Assembly (NCBI GenBank): GCA_016840035.1 | Contig: JAEOTC010000208.1 | Span: forward strand, 1 to 41,661 | Length of the DNA: 41,661 nucleotides | Direction of reading: 5' to 3' | DNA from: Candidatus Hodarchaeota archaeon | GTDB lineage: Archaea > Asgardarchaeota > Heimdallarchaeia > Hodarchaeales > Hodarchaeaceae | Part shown: positions 1 through 8,825 of the stretch, piece by piece | How the letters are laid out: each line of letters opens with the position of its first letter | Numbering within the stretch: the first letter of the stretch is position 1 | The notes under the pieces: model-generated | The model's input: the letters and a program-made list of their open reading frames with translations, nothing else | What the model was told of the DNA's origin: nothing | The model's database searches: none | Program-made: the position numbers and the translations under genes

Positions 1-972
1 TAGAGGTAGGAATATTAAGAAAATTAGAAGCTCAAAGGGGTTTGTGAATGGAGTGATAAGCGAGTAAAGCATATCTGAAGTAGAATTTTCTTCTTCGATC
101 ACGGATGAAGGTGTAGTATCAATTGAGGTATCAATTGATGTATCTGGTGTATCTGGTGTATCTGTTGTATTAGGAGGATATGAGAAAGGCATTGATGAAT
201 AGATTAACTTAGGAGGAGAAAAATAGCTTTCTGATTGAGTTTCACCAATATGAAGAAGTTGCTCCCAGATAAAACTTTCATACTCGCCATGAAATGTTCC
301 ATTTAGCTCATAATAAAAACGGGTGATGCTACCAGGAAAATTATTTTGAACTAATATCCCACCTAATCGATGTGTTCCGACATGAATGATCCATGGCCAG
401 GAGCTTGTTCCCCCCACTTGAAACGGACCATCTAGCTTAGCAACATGTACATAACGATATGTAGAATTGAAAGGATTGGCCAAAGCATTTTTAAGGTAAA
501 AATCGATCCATATTTCGGTATTCGGCATAAGAGGGTCGGAAGAATTTACAAAAAAGGTCATGTTGAACACAATAGTATCAGGATCTGTGTTTTCAATAGA
601 TAGATAAGAATCGATTTGGAAAACTATATCTGGGAGGACTCTAACAATATAGGACAATTTGTACAGTCCTGTTTGATTGAATTGAATATACTTCACATTG
701 GAATAGGTAAAATTTTGGTGAAAATCAGACTCTAGTGACAAAGGAATTATACCACGTAAGCTTGAATCATTTGCTTTAAATTCAATCTCAACATCTAAAG
801 TTTGATTTCCGTTATTTATAATCGTATAAGTCAAAGGAATAGGTTGGAATATATTTCCTGATTCAGGATGGGAAAACATAATTGTAATAGGATCATCTTC
901 TGCCTTTATTGAGGGAATAATAAGTGAATTGAAGAGTAAAACTATCACTAAGAAGAAAATCGTCTTTTTCAA
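1..972 (-). CDS. Secreted/surface protein, partial (runs off the window start), with signal peptide, Pro/Thr/Asp linker and start of a C-terminal membrane anchor
   Basis: Not in the ORF track. My manual translation is open from TTG at 972 to base 1 (324 codons). It starts MKKTIFFLVIVLLFNSLIIPSIKAEDD and ends ...PPNTTDTPDTPDTSIDTSIDTTPSS...TPFTNPFELLIFLIFLPL. A purine-rich SD-like stretch lies upstream. Confidence 0.8.
   Translation of the reverse strand, partial: MKKTIFFLVIVLLFNSLIIPSIKAEDDPITIMFSHPESGNIFQPIPLTYTIINNGNQTLDVEIEFKANDSSLRGIIPLSLESDFHQNFTYSNVKYIQFNQTGLYKLSYIVRVLPDIVFQIDSYLSIENTDPDTIVFNMTFFVNSSDPLMPNTEIWIDFYLKNALANPFNSTYRYVHVAKLDGPFQVGGTSSWPWIIHVGTHRLGGILVQNNFPGSITRFYYELNGTFHGEYESFIWEQLLHIGETQSESYFSPPKLIYSSMPFSYPPNTTDTPDTPDTSIDTSIDTTPSSVIEEENSTSDMLYSLITPFTNPFELLIFLIFLPL
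139..170. repeat. Short 9-bp tandem repeat (gtatctggt) encoding a DTP-DTP linker
   Basis: gtatctggt gtatctggt gtatctgtt, seen directly and in frame with the 1..972 ORF. Confidence 0.75.
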
Positions 973-1034
973 ATATCTTAGCCCCCCTTCGAATGAGATC
1001 TGGATTGGTTATTTTGCCTCAATCTTTTTCGTCC

Positions 1035-1104
1035 CTATCTTGATTTTTCGAAATATAAACCTATTCATAGCTGAAATCGAGATCAAGATAGCTTTGCTAT
1101 CTTG
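1035..1104. promoter_or_regulatory. Operator-like palindrome(s) upstream of the secreted-protein gene
   Basis: Perfect 9-3-9 inverted repeat caagatagc-ttt-gctatcttg (1084-1104), plus a third CTATCTTG half-site at 1035-1042. Confidence 0.4.
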
Positions 1105-1153
1105 GGTAAGGGGTACAAAGCTGGAAATAAAAAATCCTTAGGGATAGGAATAT

Positions 1154-1837
1154 CTATTCCTTGAAGAAACCGACAACAACGAAATTTTCATCATGTTGAT
1201 CTTTATTTTCAACAAGCCACCGTTGAAGCGTGTCTTTGTAAAGTTCGTCCATTCGTTTCCCAAATTCTTCAAATTCATCATTGGTGAGAAGCAGGACATC
1301 AAGTGATGGACCAGGAAAATGTTTATTGGTTTCAAGGAAAGCTTTGAGTTCTTCCTCGGACATTGATTGAATGAATTTTTTCTTTTCAGAGAGAGCAGCA
1401 ACACCAAAATTAATCTTTTCTATAATGGCTTTTTTAACATCGCCATCGCAATATTCACAATCGGGATTAGAGGTATCAGAGTCGGCATTAAGATCCTCAA
1501 GATAACGGTTCGCTGGATAAATCCAATTCTTCTTTTTGGCTTTCCCTTTCTTTCCCTTTTTCTTGACACGAGAATAATAGCCAACGTTCATGTGAGGTTT
1601 AGAAGGATGCTGTCGATATTCTACCTTAATCCAGCCCTTGTCTTCCAATTCCTTCAGATAATTATACGTTGTTTGGCGTTTTAAACCTAGGGCTTCTTGA
1701 ATGTCTTTGGCCGTTAGCTCTGTTTTCCGTAAAAGTAGCCAGAGAATTGATGGACGTATTAATTCTCCACTGGAGTAAATATTTTCCTCTTTTTTTAGTT
1801 CCTCGATTACTTCTACATCTGTACTCATATTAATCAT
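1154..1837 (-). CDS. Winged helix-turn-helix (ArsR-like) transcriptional regulator
   Basis: ILWLLLRKTELTAKDIQEALGLKRQTTYNYLKELEDKGWIKV is a typical wHTH; helical C-terminal domain with a CxxC. Confidence 0.8.
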   Translation of the reverse strand: MINMSTDVEVIEELKKEENIYSSGELIRPSILWLLLRKTELTAKDIQEALGLKRQTTYNYLKELEDKGWIKVEYRQHPSKPHMNVGYYSRVKKKGKKGKAKKKNWIYPANRYLEDLNADSDTSNPDCEYCDGDVKKAIIEKINFGVAALSEKKKFIQSMSEEELKAFLETNKHFPGPSLDVLLLTNDEFEEFGKRMDELYKDTLQRWLVENKDQHDENFVVVGFFKE

Positions 1838-1998
1838 TCATTCCCAGACAAAACCTTAGGAATTGTCCAAGATATCAAGGAACGATCAGTGTTTTATATG
1901 TTTCCATAAAAACATATTAAACCATTTTTTGAAATAGAATCCAAAATGTGTATTGTGCCAAAAAAGATACATTTAAAAATAAACCTCTCCATAATATA

Positions 1999-2023
1999 GA
2001 TGTATCCAAAAAATGGAAACATC
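1999..2023. promoter_or_regulatory. Inverted-repeat operator candidate in the divergent promoter region
   Basis: gatgtatcca-aaaaa-tggaaacatc (9/10 symmetric); related half-site atgtttcca at 1898-1906. Confidence 0.5.
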
Positions 2024-2049
2024 ATCAACACGTTCACGGATGTGATAAA

Positions 2050-2295
2050 ATGGGAACTAAAACAGTTGTAGAAACCAAAAAAACTATTGAATTCAAGTCT
2101 TTACCTGATTTCCGTCGTTTATTGAAACCTTTAGCATTATTCCTAGCTTTCATTAGTCTTCTTATCATCAGTTATTTAATTTCTCCCTCTAATCTTGTAG
2201 TTGGAGTAGTGACTGTGCTTAGCTTTGGAGTAATTGGATTATTTATCCACCAATCAATTTATGGTTTTCTTTTATTTCGGAGGTATTTCTACTAA
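2050..2295 (+). CDS. Small two-TM membrane protein
   Basis: ATG at 2050 (MGTKTVVETKK...) follows a gtgat SD-like motif; two hydrophobic helices. The track start at 1948 overlaps the promoter region and is probably too long. Confidence 0.65.
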   Translation: MGTKTVVETKKTIEFKSLPDFRRLLKPLALFLAFISLLIISYLISPSNLVVGVVTVLSFGVIGLFIHQSIYGFLLFRRYFY

Positions 2296-2917
2296 TAAAT
2301 TACGATGATGGTTCAGGGCATGACCTACAAAGCACACTTTACCCAGTTAATTTTTGAGCGGATTAACTTTTTTGCCCTGAATCCTCCACCTTTCATTTTA
2401 AATTTTTTATGCTTACCGTCAGGAAGTTCAGAAACCCCTCTAGTCCCTAAGTTAAATATGAGTACACCTACAAAGCACAAAACGAATATTTAACGCTGGA
2501 CTTCCTGGCCTTATCCCCACATACTATTATTCAAGATATCGTTTGCATTGGAAGATATTTCAGTACGTATTTGAAGAATGATTCGGAGTATGTTTTTCAA
2601 TGAGATGTGCAATCCAAAGATCACCTGAATCGAAAATTAGAGAAGCCATTAAGAAAAAGGAAACGATAATTCAGAATTCTGTTAAAAGGGCTCTTTCCAA
2701 GAAAAAAACTGTTTAGTTTCGTTAAATGTTGAAATCGAAAGAATCCTGACAGTAAACCATCTTTTTGAGCTAATAGTATCAACTTAGTGATATTCGTTCC
2801 TCATATGTAAGTTGCCCCCATCAAAAAACTTATACTTAGTGTGTTGATGATACAGTTATTCTCGTAGGTGTATTCTGAGGTATTTCGAAAATTTAAGCTA
2901 ATACAGGAGGTCTGTTA

Positions 2918-3103
2918 TTGATAAATCGAAAAGCAACTTATATTGTCGTTTTAAGTGATACGCTTGAGTTTGGTTCCTCCTCGTGTGAGTTTAAGCCCAA
3001 AAAGGTGCTCAAACCCCCGTCCAAGGAACCAGTGCCCAATACTGAAGCGTTATGTGGGGTAGAATATCGTCATATGTACGTCAGTCGTCTTCCAGTTCGT
3101 TAA
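2918..3103 (+). CDS. Possible 61-aa small protein
   Basis: TTG start preceded by a strong GGAGG SD and followed by a pyrimidine tract; no recognisable domain; overlaps a long hairpin. Confidence 0.35.
   Translation: MINRKATYIVVLSDTLEFGSSSCEFKPKKVLKPPSKEPVPNTEALCGVEYRHMYVSRLPVR
2960..3050. ncRNA. Candidate structured RNA (long imperfect hairpin)
   Basis: Nested pairings: acgctt(2960-65)/aagcgt(3045-50), tggttcct(2971-78)/aggaacca(3024-31), gttt-a-agc(2989-96)/gct-c-aaac(3007-14), cc/gg closing an A5 loop; GC-richer than its flanks. Confidence 0.4.
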
Positions 3104-3131
3104 TTCCCCCTTTTTTCCTTTTTTATTTTGT
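3104..3131 (+). terminator. Archaeal-type oligo-T terminator candidate
   Basis: ttcccccttttttccttttttattttgt, directly after the small ORF/hairpin. Confidence 0.4.
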
Positions 3132-3845
3132 TATTCTTGATAGAGGTTCCTCTCGCTCAATGATACAGAAAATACTTGATTCATCAATCTCAATGATATA
3201 TGCCTTCAGTTTCATTTTACCTATTAGCATTTGGAAATCCTCTACCGAAAATGTTGTGGCAGTGAATCCATCTTTGCACACAATAACTCCATTTCCTGTC
3301 AGTGCGAAATCGATCTCACCCAGTAATCCTTCCTGACTTTGTTGGATAAACCAGTTCAAACGTTCTTCCCAGATATTTTCCGAATAACTTGATAAAATTA
3401 CTTTTCCCCCGATTTTCGTTACTCTCAACGCCTGAGTTATCAGGATCTCGGGATCAATCTTCATTGCTGATATGGCATTTTGAATTCCTAGGACAACGTC
3501 AAATGACTCTTCGGGAAATTGGATTTTTCTTGCAGTCATGAAATGTAAATCAACATTTGAAATCTCCTTTAAATACTCTTTTGCATATGCTAAGGATGCT
3601 TCCGAGATATCAATTCCTATTATTTTCCTCCCTTTAGTAGCGACATGTTTTAGTACCCGTCCGTATCCACATCCAAGTTCTAACACAGTATCTGTTGTTT
3701 TAATCTGATCTAGCACATATTCAATTTCAGCCTGTAGATATTGTTGTATCCGTTCTGGAGCTGTTTCATATGCCTGTTTCAGCTTGAGTGCAAATAACTT
3801 CTTCGCATAATATTGACTATTTTGTACCCTGCTATTTGGATCCAT
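3123..3845 (-). CDS. Class I SAM-dependent methyltransferase
   Basis: Motif I VLELGCGYG, IIGIDIS, FPEESFDVV, LRVTKIGGKVI. Confidence 0.9.
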   Translation of the reverse strand: MDPNSRVQNSQYYAKKLFALKLKQAYETAPERIQQYLQAEIEYVLDQIKTTDTVLELGCGYGRVLKHVATKGRKIIGIDISEASLAYAKEYLKEISNVDLHFMTARKIQFPEESFDVVLGIQNAISAMKIDPEILITQALRVTKIGGKVILSSYSENIWEERLNWFIQQSQEGLLGEIDFALTGNGVIVCKDGFTATTFSVEDFQMLIGKMKLKAYIIEIDESSIFCIIEREEPLSRITK

Positions 3846-4379
3846 TTATTTTCGCCATGTGAATAAAGGTTCCATTCCTGGGCATTTAGCGTTCCGATCG
3901 AAAGTGCATGTTGCGCACAAGTCATCCCATTCCTTGGATCCGCTTTTAATGCGTTTGAAGGTGATGAAGGCATAAAAGCTTATTCCAATAAGCACCTGTA
4001 ACACCTGAATTTCAAAGGAGGGTGCTCTCCAAATCGAAAAAATTCCAACAGCAATGCCTATTCCTAGTAACTCTCTGAAAAGAATCCTTAAATATCGTTT
4101 TGTAGTGATAAAGCCTTTAATATTTGCCAATCGGAACAGGGTCGGGAGGTATAATAAAATTGCAAGGAGTACAAGTCCAAACCATTTAATATTATCAAGT
4201 AAACCCAAGAGGATTAGAAGAAAACCGAGGAAGAGTCCACTATAAAACCCTGTACAACCTAGACAGAGACTCCACCCTCTAATTCTGATTAAATGTTCCC
4301 GATATTGCCAGCAGATTGGATGATGAGCTAATGAATAACGTAGAAATCCCTTGATTTTTTCGGATTTTGAGTTACTCAT
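3846..4379 (-). CDS. DUF2085-like Cys/His-containing membrane protein
   Basis: HHPICWQYREH...LCLGCTGFYSG, four TM segments, C-terminal CxxC-x6-C; abuts the methyltransferase gene. Confidence 0.65.
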   Translation of the reverse strand: MSNSKSEKIKGFLRYSLAHHPICWQYREHLIRIRGWSLCLGCTGFYSGLFLGFLLILLGLLDNIKWFGLVLLAILLYLPTLFRLANIKGFITTKRYLRILFRELLGIGIAVGIFSIWRAPSFEIQVLQVLIGISFYAFITFKRIKSGSKEWDDLCATCTFDRNAKCPGMEPLFTWRK

Positions 4380-4405
4380 GCCCCTTACTTAACAATTAAA
4401 TGAAA

Positions 4406-4651
4406 TTAGTATTGTGTTTTATATTGCTTATCTGGGTGTTCAGCTAACATATAATATATTAAAGCCGCAACAGGACTTAAGCAACAGCATAACAATAAAC
4501 AGATTGTTTCGTCATATTGATGACGTGTTGAAACATATACCTGTTGTGGGCCATCTGCTCTTCTCATATCAGCTCCACCTTGCGTGGCGCCACAATTAGG
4601 GCAAAATTTTGCTCCTCCGACTTCACTTCCACAATTAGGACAATAAGGCAT
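4406..4651 (-). CDS. Zinc-ribbon protein with a Cys-rich membrane segment
   Basis: YCPNCG...FCPNCG zinc ribbon; hydrophobic segment ICLLLCCCLSPVAALIYYML. Confidence 0.8.
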   Translation of the reverse strand: MPYCPNCGSEVGGAKFCPNCGATQGGADMRRADGPQQVYVSTRHQYDETICLLLCCCLSPVAALIYYMLAEHPDKQYKTQY

Positions 4652-4952
4652 TGTTTTTCCATTCCTCTTCTATTTATTCAAATAATTGAACCTTTCACCG
4701 AATATAATTTTTCCAATTATAAGTAAGTTTGTGTTGAGGAATGATTCTTTCACTCTCGAAAGCCTCTATTCTCTCCTTTTACTTATCTTTCCTATCGAAA
4801 ATCAATGTTCTCTATCCTCCATTTATTATTGAAAAGCGAGAATTTTGGTTAAATATTCCGAGATATTGCTAGATTAAATGACCTTCAGCAAGTTAGACGA
4901 CCAGTGTTCAATTAGTTACTATAATAAATGGAGAAGAAAATAATTCCTTAGT

Positions 4953-6215
4953 ATGAACAATCACCAGAAACTCCTTGTTTTATTCATTTTCCTTGTAATA
5001 ACCTTTGGGGGTCTTTGGATGGCGGGGAATAGCAATCATGAGGAAGTTCCTGTTGTAATGGATCATACGGATAACCTTCCCTATGGTATTCGAATGATCG
5101 GAGCGGATAAGGTCTGGCCCGTTACTCAAGGTTCACCAGAAGTTGTGGTTGCGGTGTTAGACACCGGTCTTAATACCACCCATACTGATCTCCAAAATAT
5201 TCTTTGGATCAATGAGGATGAAATTCCAGACAACGGGATTGACGATGATGGAAATGGTTACATTGATGACGTCCATGGTTGGGATTTCGTGCATCAAAAT
5301 AATGATCCATTCAGCTTATTAGATGTTACCTGGCCATCACTTCAAAATCATGGGACTCATGTTACAGGTACAATTGCTGCTCAACTAAATGATTATGGTA
5401 TTGTTGGTGTAGCCCCTGGAGTTTCTATTATGCCCTTAAGAGTGGTAAACGAAAATGATCGAAATCCTGACATACTTGTTGCTGAAGCAATTGAATATGC
5501 TACCGTAAACGGTGCAGATATAATTTCTATGAGCATTAGTATTAGCGCTGAGTATGGAGAGATTACTAATGCTACTTCGTATCAATTAGTCGAAACTGCT
5601 CTAGCACAAGCATATGCAGCAGATGTATCTATTGTTGCTGCTGCGGGAAATGACAATGATGCTACTCCTTCACAACCTGCAAATGATCCTCATGTTATTT
5701 CTGTTGGCGCCATTACCTCTACTAAAGTGCTAGCTTCCTTTTCAAATCATGGTGCGGAAGTAGTAGCTCCTGGAGTAAGTGTGAATTCCACAATTCCTTT
5801 TGAAAATTATGGTACAAGTAGTGGTACCTCTATGGCAACTCCTCATGTGTCAGGGGCACTTGCATTATTAAAGAGCTATAATGAGTCATTGACTAATACC
5901 GAGCTCAGAAATCTTTTACAGAATACCACCGAGGATCTTGGTGATGCCGGTTTTGATGGAGATTTTGGTTACGGACTAATTAATGTTACAAAAGCTATGG
6001 AAGTTCTCTCAGGAGAGTCACTGGTACCACCAATTACATCAACAGAAGAAAATTCGGATTCTACCACTACTACAGATAGTTCTGCCATCATCACAACGAC
6101 TATTTCCACTTCAACCACTTCTGAAACTACTACTACTTCATCGAATACCAATTTTCTACCCCTTTACAGTGTAATCATAATTCTCATCATAAGAGTAAAA
6201 TACTCAAAGAAATAA
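4953..6215 (+). CDS. Secreted subtilisin-like S8 serine peptidase with C-terminal anchor
   Basis: Catalytic motifs VLDTG, NHGTHVTG, GTSMATP; oxyanion AAAGN; DDDGNGYIDD insert; signal peptide; Thr-rich linker + TM + basic tail. Confidence 0.95.
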   Translation: MNNHQKLLVLFIFLVITFGGLWMAGNSNHEEVPVVMDHTDNLPYGIRMIGADKVWPVTQGSPEVVVAVLDTGLNTTHTDLQNILWINEDEIPDNGIDDDGNGYIDDVHGWDFVHQNNDPFSLLDVTWPSLQNHGTHVTGTIAAQLNDYGIVGVAPGVSIMPLRVVNENDRNPDILVAEAIEYATVNGADIISMSISISAEYGEITNATSYQLVETALAQAYAADVSIVAAAGNDNDATPSQPANDPHVISVGAITSTKVLASFSNHGAEVVAPGVSVNSTIPFENYGTSSGTSMATPHVSGALALLKSYNESLTNTELRNLLQNTTEDLGDAGFDGDFGYGLINVTKAMEVLSGESLVPPITSTEENSDSTTTTDSSAIITTTISTSTTSETTTTSSNTNFLPLYSVIIILIIRVKYSKK

Positions 6216-6253
6216 TCTTCTGTTTGGGTACATATTCTGATGGGTGTAAAACT

Positions 6254-6832
6254 ATGAAAAAGTCCTCAGTCGCATATTATCCATTAACAGTCATTTTTCT
6301 AACAATTATTGTCGGTTTGAGCGGCTGTTTACAACCTGATACGTCCTCAAAAGAATTTTCTTTGATGATTGTCGATTTAACTGGATCTTCTACAAATATC
6401 ACATTGTCAACACTTAAATCCCTAGACATTATTTCTGGTACTAGTTCCTATGAAAATAGTTTTAATAATACTCGTGGATATGGTGTGTATACTGGTGTAG
6501 CGATTAGTTCTATTTTAGAATCGATTGGAATTACCCTTCTGCCAGATGAATTTCTCATTGTTACTGCAACTGATGGATATAGTGGAGTCTTTCAGTATGA
6601 GAATATCTATCCTAATGCCTCATGGCAGAATGTTCAGGGATCTCTGATTTTAGCATATGCATTTAATGAAACAGAATTACCTGAATGGGATCTAGGTCCA
6701 CGTATTGCGTTTCTCCCCTTGGATGAGCTATATTCAAATGCGGATAAAGGAAATACTTCATCACTAAATATAGCGGGGTCTGCTGGAAGTCGTTGGATCT
6801 CCAATGTGGTATCGTTTGAAGTAAAGCGATAA
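6254..6832 (+). CDS. Lipoprotein with molybdopterin-oxidoreductase-like (Oxidored_molyb fold) domain
   Basis: Lipobox LSGC after a signal peptide starting at ATG 6254; YTGVAIS, ATDGY, ILAY, GPRI and WISNVVS pattern. Confidence 0.65.
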   Translation: MKKSSVAYYPLTVIFLTIIVGLSGCLQPDTSSKEFSLMIVDLTGSSTNITLSTLKSLDIISGTSSYENSFNNTRGYGVYTGVAISSILESIGITLLPDEFLIVTATDGYSGVFQYENIYPNASWQNVQGSLILAYAFNETELPEWDLGPRIAFLPLDELYSNADKGNTSSLNIAGSAGSRWISNVVSFEVKR

Positions 6833-6872
6833 CCCAAGAAACTATATGTACAAAGGAAAAAGATTTTTTCAT

Positions 6873-7841
6873 TTAAACAAATGAAACATTTGTAAAGGCG
6901 ATTTTCCGTGATTGTGGTTCCCAGAGTGATAATGGAATAGAAAGAGTAATGTCTACTGTTCCATCATCTAATGTTTGTTCGATACCTGTGAAAGCTGACT
7001 GATATTTTGCCAACATACCTTTGGCAACATACGAAAACTTCTTCGATATAAAATATATGTGAGTAACTAAGGGATGATCCACATAGTTAATTTCTTTGGC
7101 TTTTTCTATAAATTTATCGATATCGGGTAAATCTATGATGTGATCTGAACAGAATACCCAGATTTCTTTTCCTTGTGAATTTATGATCCGGATATCGCTT
7201 TTCAAGGATGGATCGGCAATTGTTATACTTTTAATATTAGGGATAACTGAGGGGGCGTAGACTGCAAAGCGGATTTCCAAGGCTTTTGGGACTTCTTCAA
7301 ATTTAATCAATGCAGAATATAAATAATCAATAATTTTCGAATCTTTCTTTCCTAATTGATCAAGAAGGTCTTTTTTCGATTTAATATTCTGATATTTATT
7401 TAGTTTGGTAATATTGTGATCCTTAGCAACCTCTAAAATTAGGTTATGATCCAGATTCTGAATATCGTTAAGCTCACTTACTTTAGAATGATGATATGCG
7501 GATAAGGTTTTGGAGGAGCTTCCCCTGACACTGAAGCGAGAATTTTTCGCCTTTTCATCCCTTCCACCCACAAGTTTGTGATACATTTCCTCTGATGCAG
7601 CTTGGTTTTCACCAGGAATTCCTTTCATTTGAATGATACTCTTATCTACCTCTTCCTTGACGACCACAGCATTATCAAATGGACAATAATAGTTAGTTCC
7701 TATTCGTGCTAAACCTACTTCGCATAAATAGACACGTTTACAACTAGGACAGAAAAGAACTAAGTCATTTACATCTAGATCTTGACGTCGGCCCTTTTCA
7801 TGATAACATCGTTCACATTTTGCGTCACAAGAGATTTTCAT
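6873..7841 (-). CDS. Hypothetical protein: N-terminal Cys-rich zinc finger, C-terminal alpha/beta domain
   Basis: 322-aa ORF; CDAKCERC...CPSC...LC...CPFD. Confidence 0.7.
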   Translation of the reverse strand: MKISCDAKCERCYHEKGRRQDLDVNDLVLFCPSCKRVYLCEVGLARIGTNYYCPFDNAVVVKEEVDKSIIQMKGIPGENQAASEEMYHKLVGGRDEKAKNSRFSVRGSSSKTLSAYHHSKVSELNDIQNLDHNLILEVAKDHNITKLNKYQNIKSKKDLLDQLGKKDSKIIDYLYSALIKFEEVPKALEIRFAVYAPSVIPNIKSITIADPSLKSDIRIINSQGKEIWVFCSDHIIDLPDIDKFIEKAKEINYVDHPLVTHIYFISKKFSYVAKGMLAKYQSAFTGIEQTLDDGTVDITLSIPLSLWEPQSRKIAFTNVSFV

Positions 7842-7902
7842 CGCTTAATTTCGATCCTTTCAATCTTTATTGTTATTACCAACTTTTGTGTCCAATAAAA
7901 AA

Positions 7903-8760
7903 TCATGCTTTCCACTGGAAAAGGGAGTTTATTAAATTTTGATGTGACAATTCTCCTCCTGTCATGATGCCCATAATCCCTTCCTCTCCAAATATTTTTC
8001 CTAATATTTCTTCTGGAGTTAATCCTTGCTCTTTATAGCTTTGAACAGTAGTATGTAAGGTCTTAATCTCTTTCATCCGTTCTTTGAGATACTGTAGTCC
8101 ATGAAACACCCCTTTTCCAGAGACGAAAACTTTCAGATTGTTCATCCCCTCTGTCGCAAGATATAACCGCTGAATCGTGTCATAAATCTGTGAGATATCC
8201 TCTTGGATATTACATGTATGTCCAAAAAGTACCCGATATTTTGGTAAGACCGCATCTGCCACAAATGCCCATTCTTGTGTAGGTTCGATGAATGCTATCT
8301 GTTCTGGTGCATGTCCTGGAGTTGCAACTACTTTCAACTCATATTTTCCTGAATTAGAATGGATTTTGTCAGGAATAGCATGGGCTTTTACTGAATGCAG
8401 GCCAGCTCCCCAGTATAATTCCCGATATTCAGGATATGTATAATTATGCGCATTTTCAAGTAAGGGGATAGCTATCGCACTAGCATATATCGGAATTGTA
8501 TTTTGCTCTGATAATACATGAGCTCCACCGATATGATCTTCGTGAGTATGAGTGATCAGGCATTTAACGATTTCATTATTTGTAATTTTCGGAGTGATAA
8601 AAGTCTGAAATTCCTGAAGTCCTTTTGGGGCACCAGTATCAATCAATAGCCCATCAAGTAGAAAGCATGAAGTGAAAAAGGGCTTAGGAATCAGTTCATC
8701 TTCAGCTGCCCAGCACCATTCCAGCAAATCTTGATGATGGAGAAGTTCTTTTGTAACCAT
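7903..8760 (-). CDS. Metallo-beta-lactamase-fold hydrolase
   Basis: LIDTG, THTHEDHIGG, TPGH, FVAD motifs. Confidence 0.92.
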   Translation of the reverse strand: MVTKELLHHQDLLEWCWAAEDELIPKPFFTSCFLLDGLLIDTGAPKGLQEFQTFITPKITNNEIVKCLITHTHEDHIGGAHVLSEQNTIPIYASAIAIPLLENAHNYTYPEYRELYWGAGLHSVKAHAIPDKIHSNSGKYELKVVATPGHAPEQIAFIEPTQEWAFVADAVLPKYRVLFGHTCNIQEDISQIYDTIQRLYLATEGMNNLKVFVSGKGVFHGLQYLKERMKEIKTLHTTVQSYKEQGLTPEEILGKIFGEEGIMGIMTGGELSHQNLINSLFQWKA

Positions 8761-8825
8761 CGGACATTAATCCTATGTTTTCCATAGATTTCCTCTGAAT
8801 TACCTCGACAAGAGAGTCTAAATAA

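Noticed and set aside
2305-2493. 62-aa ORF in the long intergenic region
   Set aside because: No SD, domain or compositional support.
2960-3050. Hairpin as SECIS, tRNA, 5S or SRP RNA
   Set aside because: It has no AUGA/GA kink-turn core, cloverleaf/T-loop or SRP helix-8 motif that I could recognise, and no neighbouring gene shows an evident in-frame Sec UGA.
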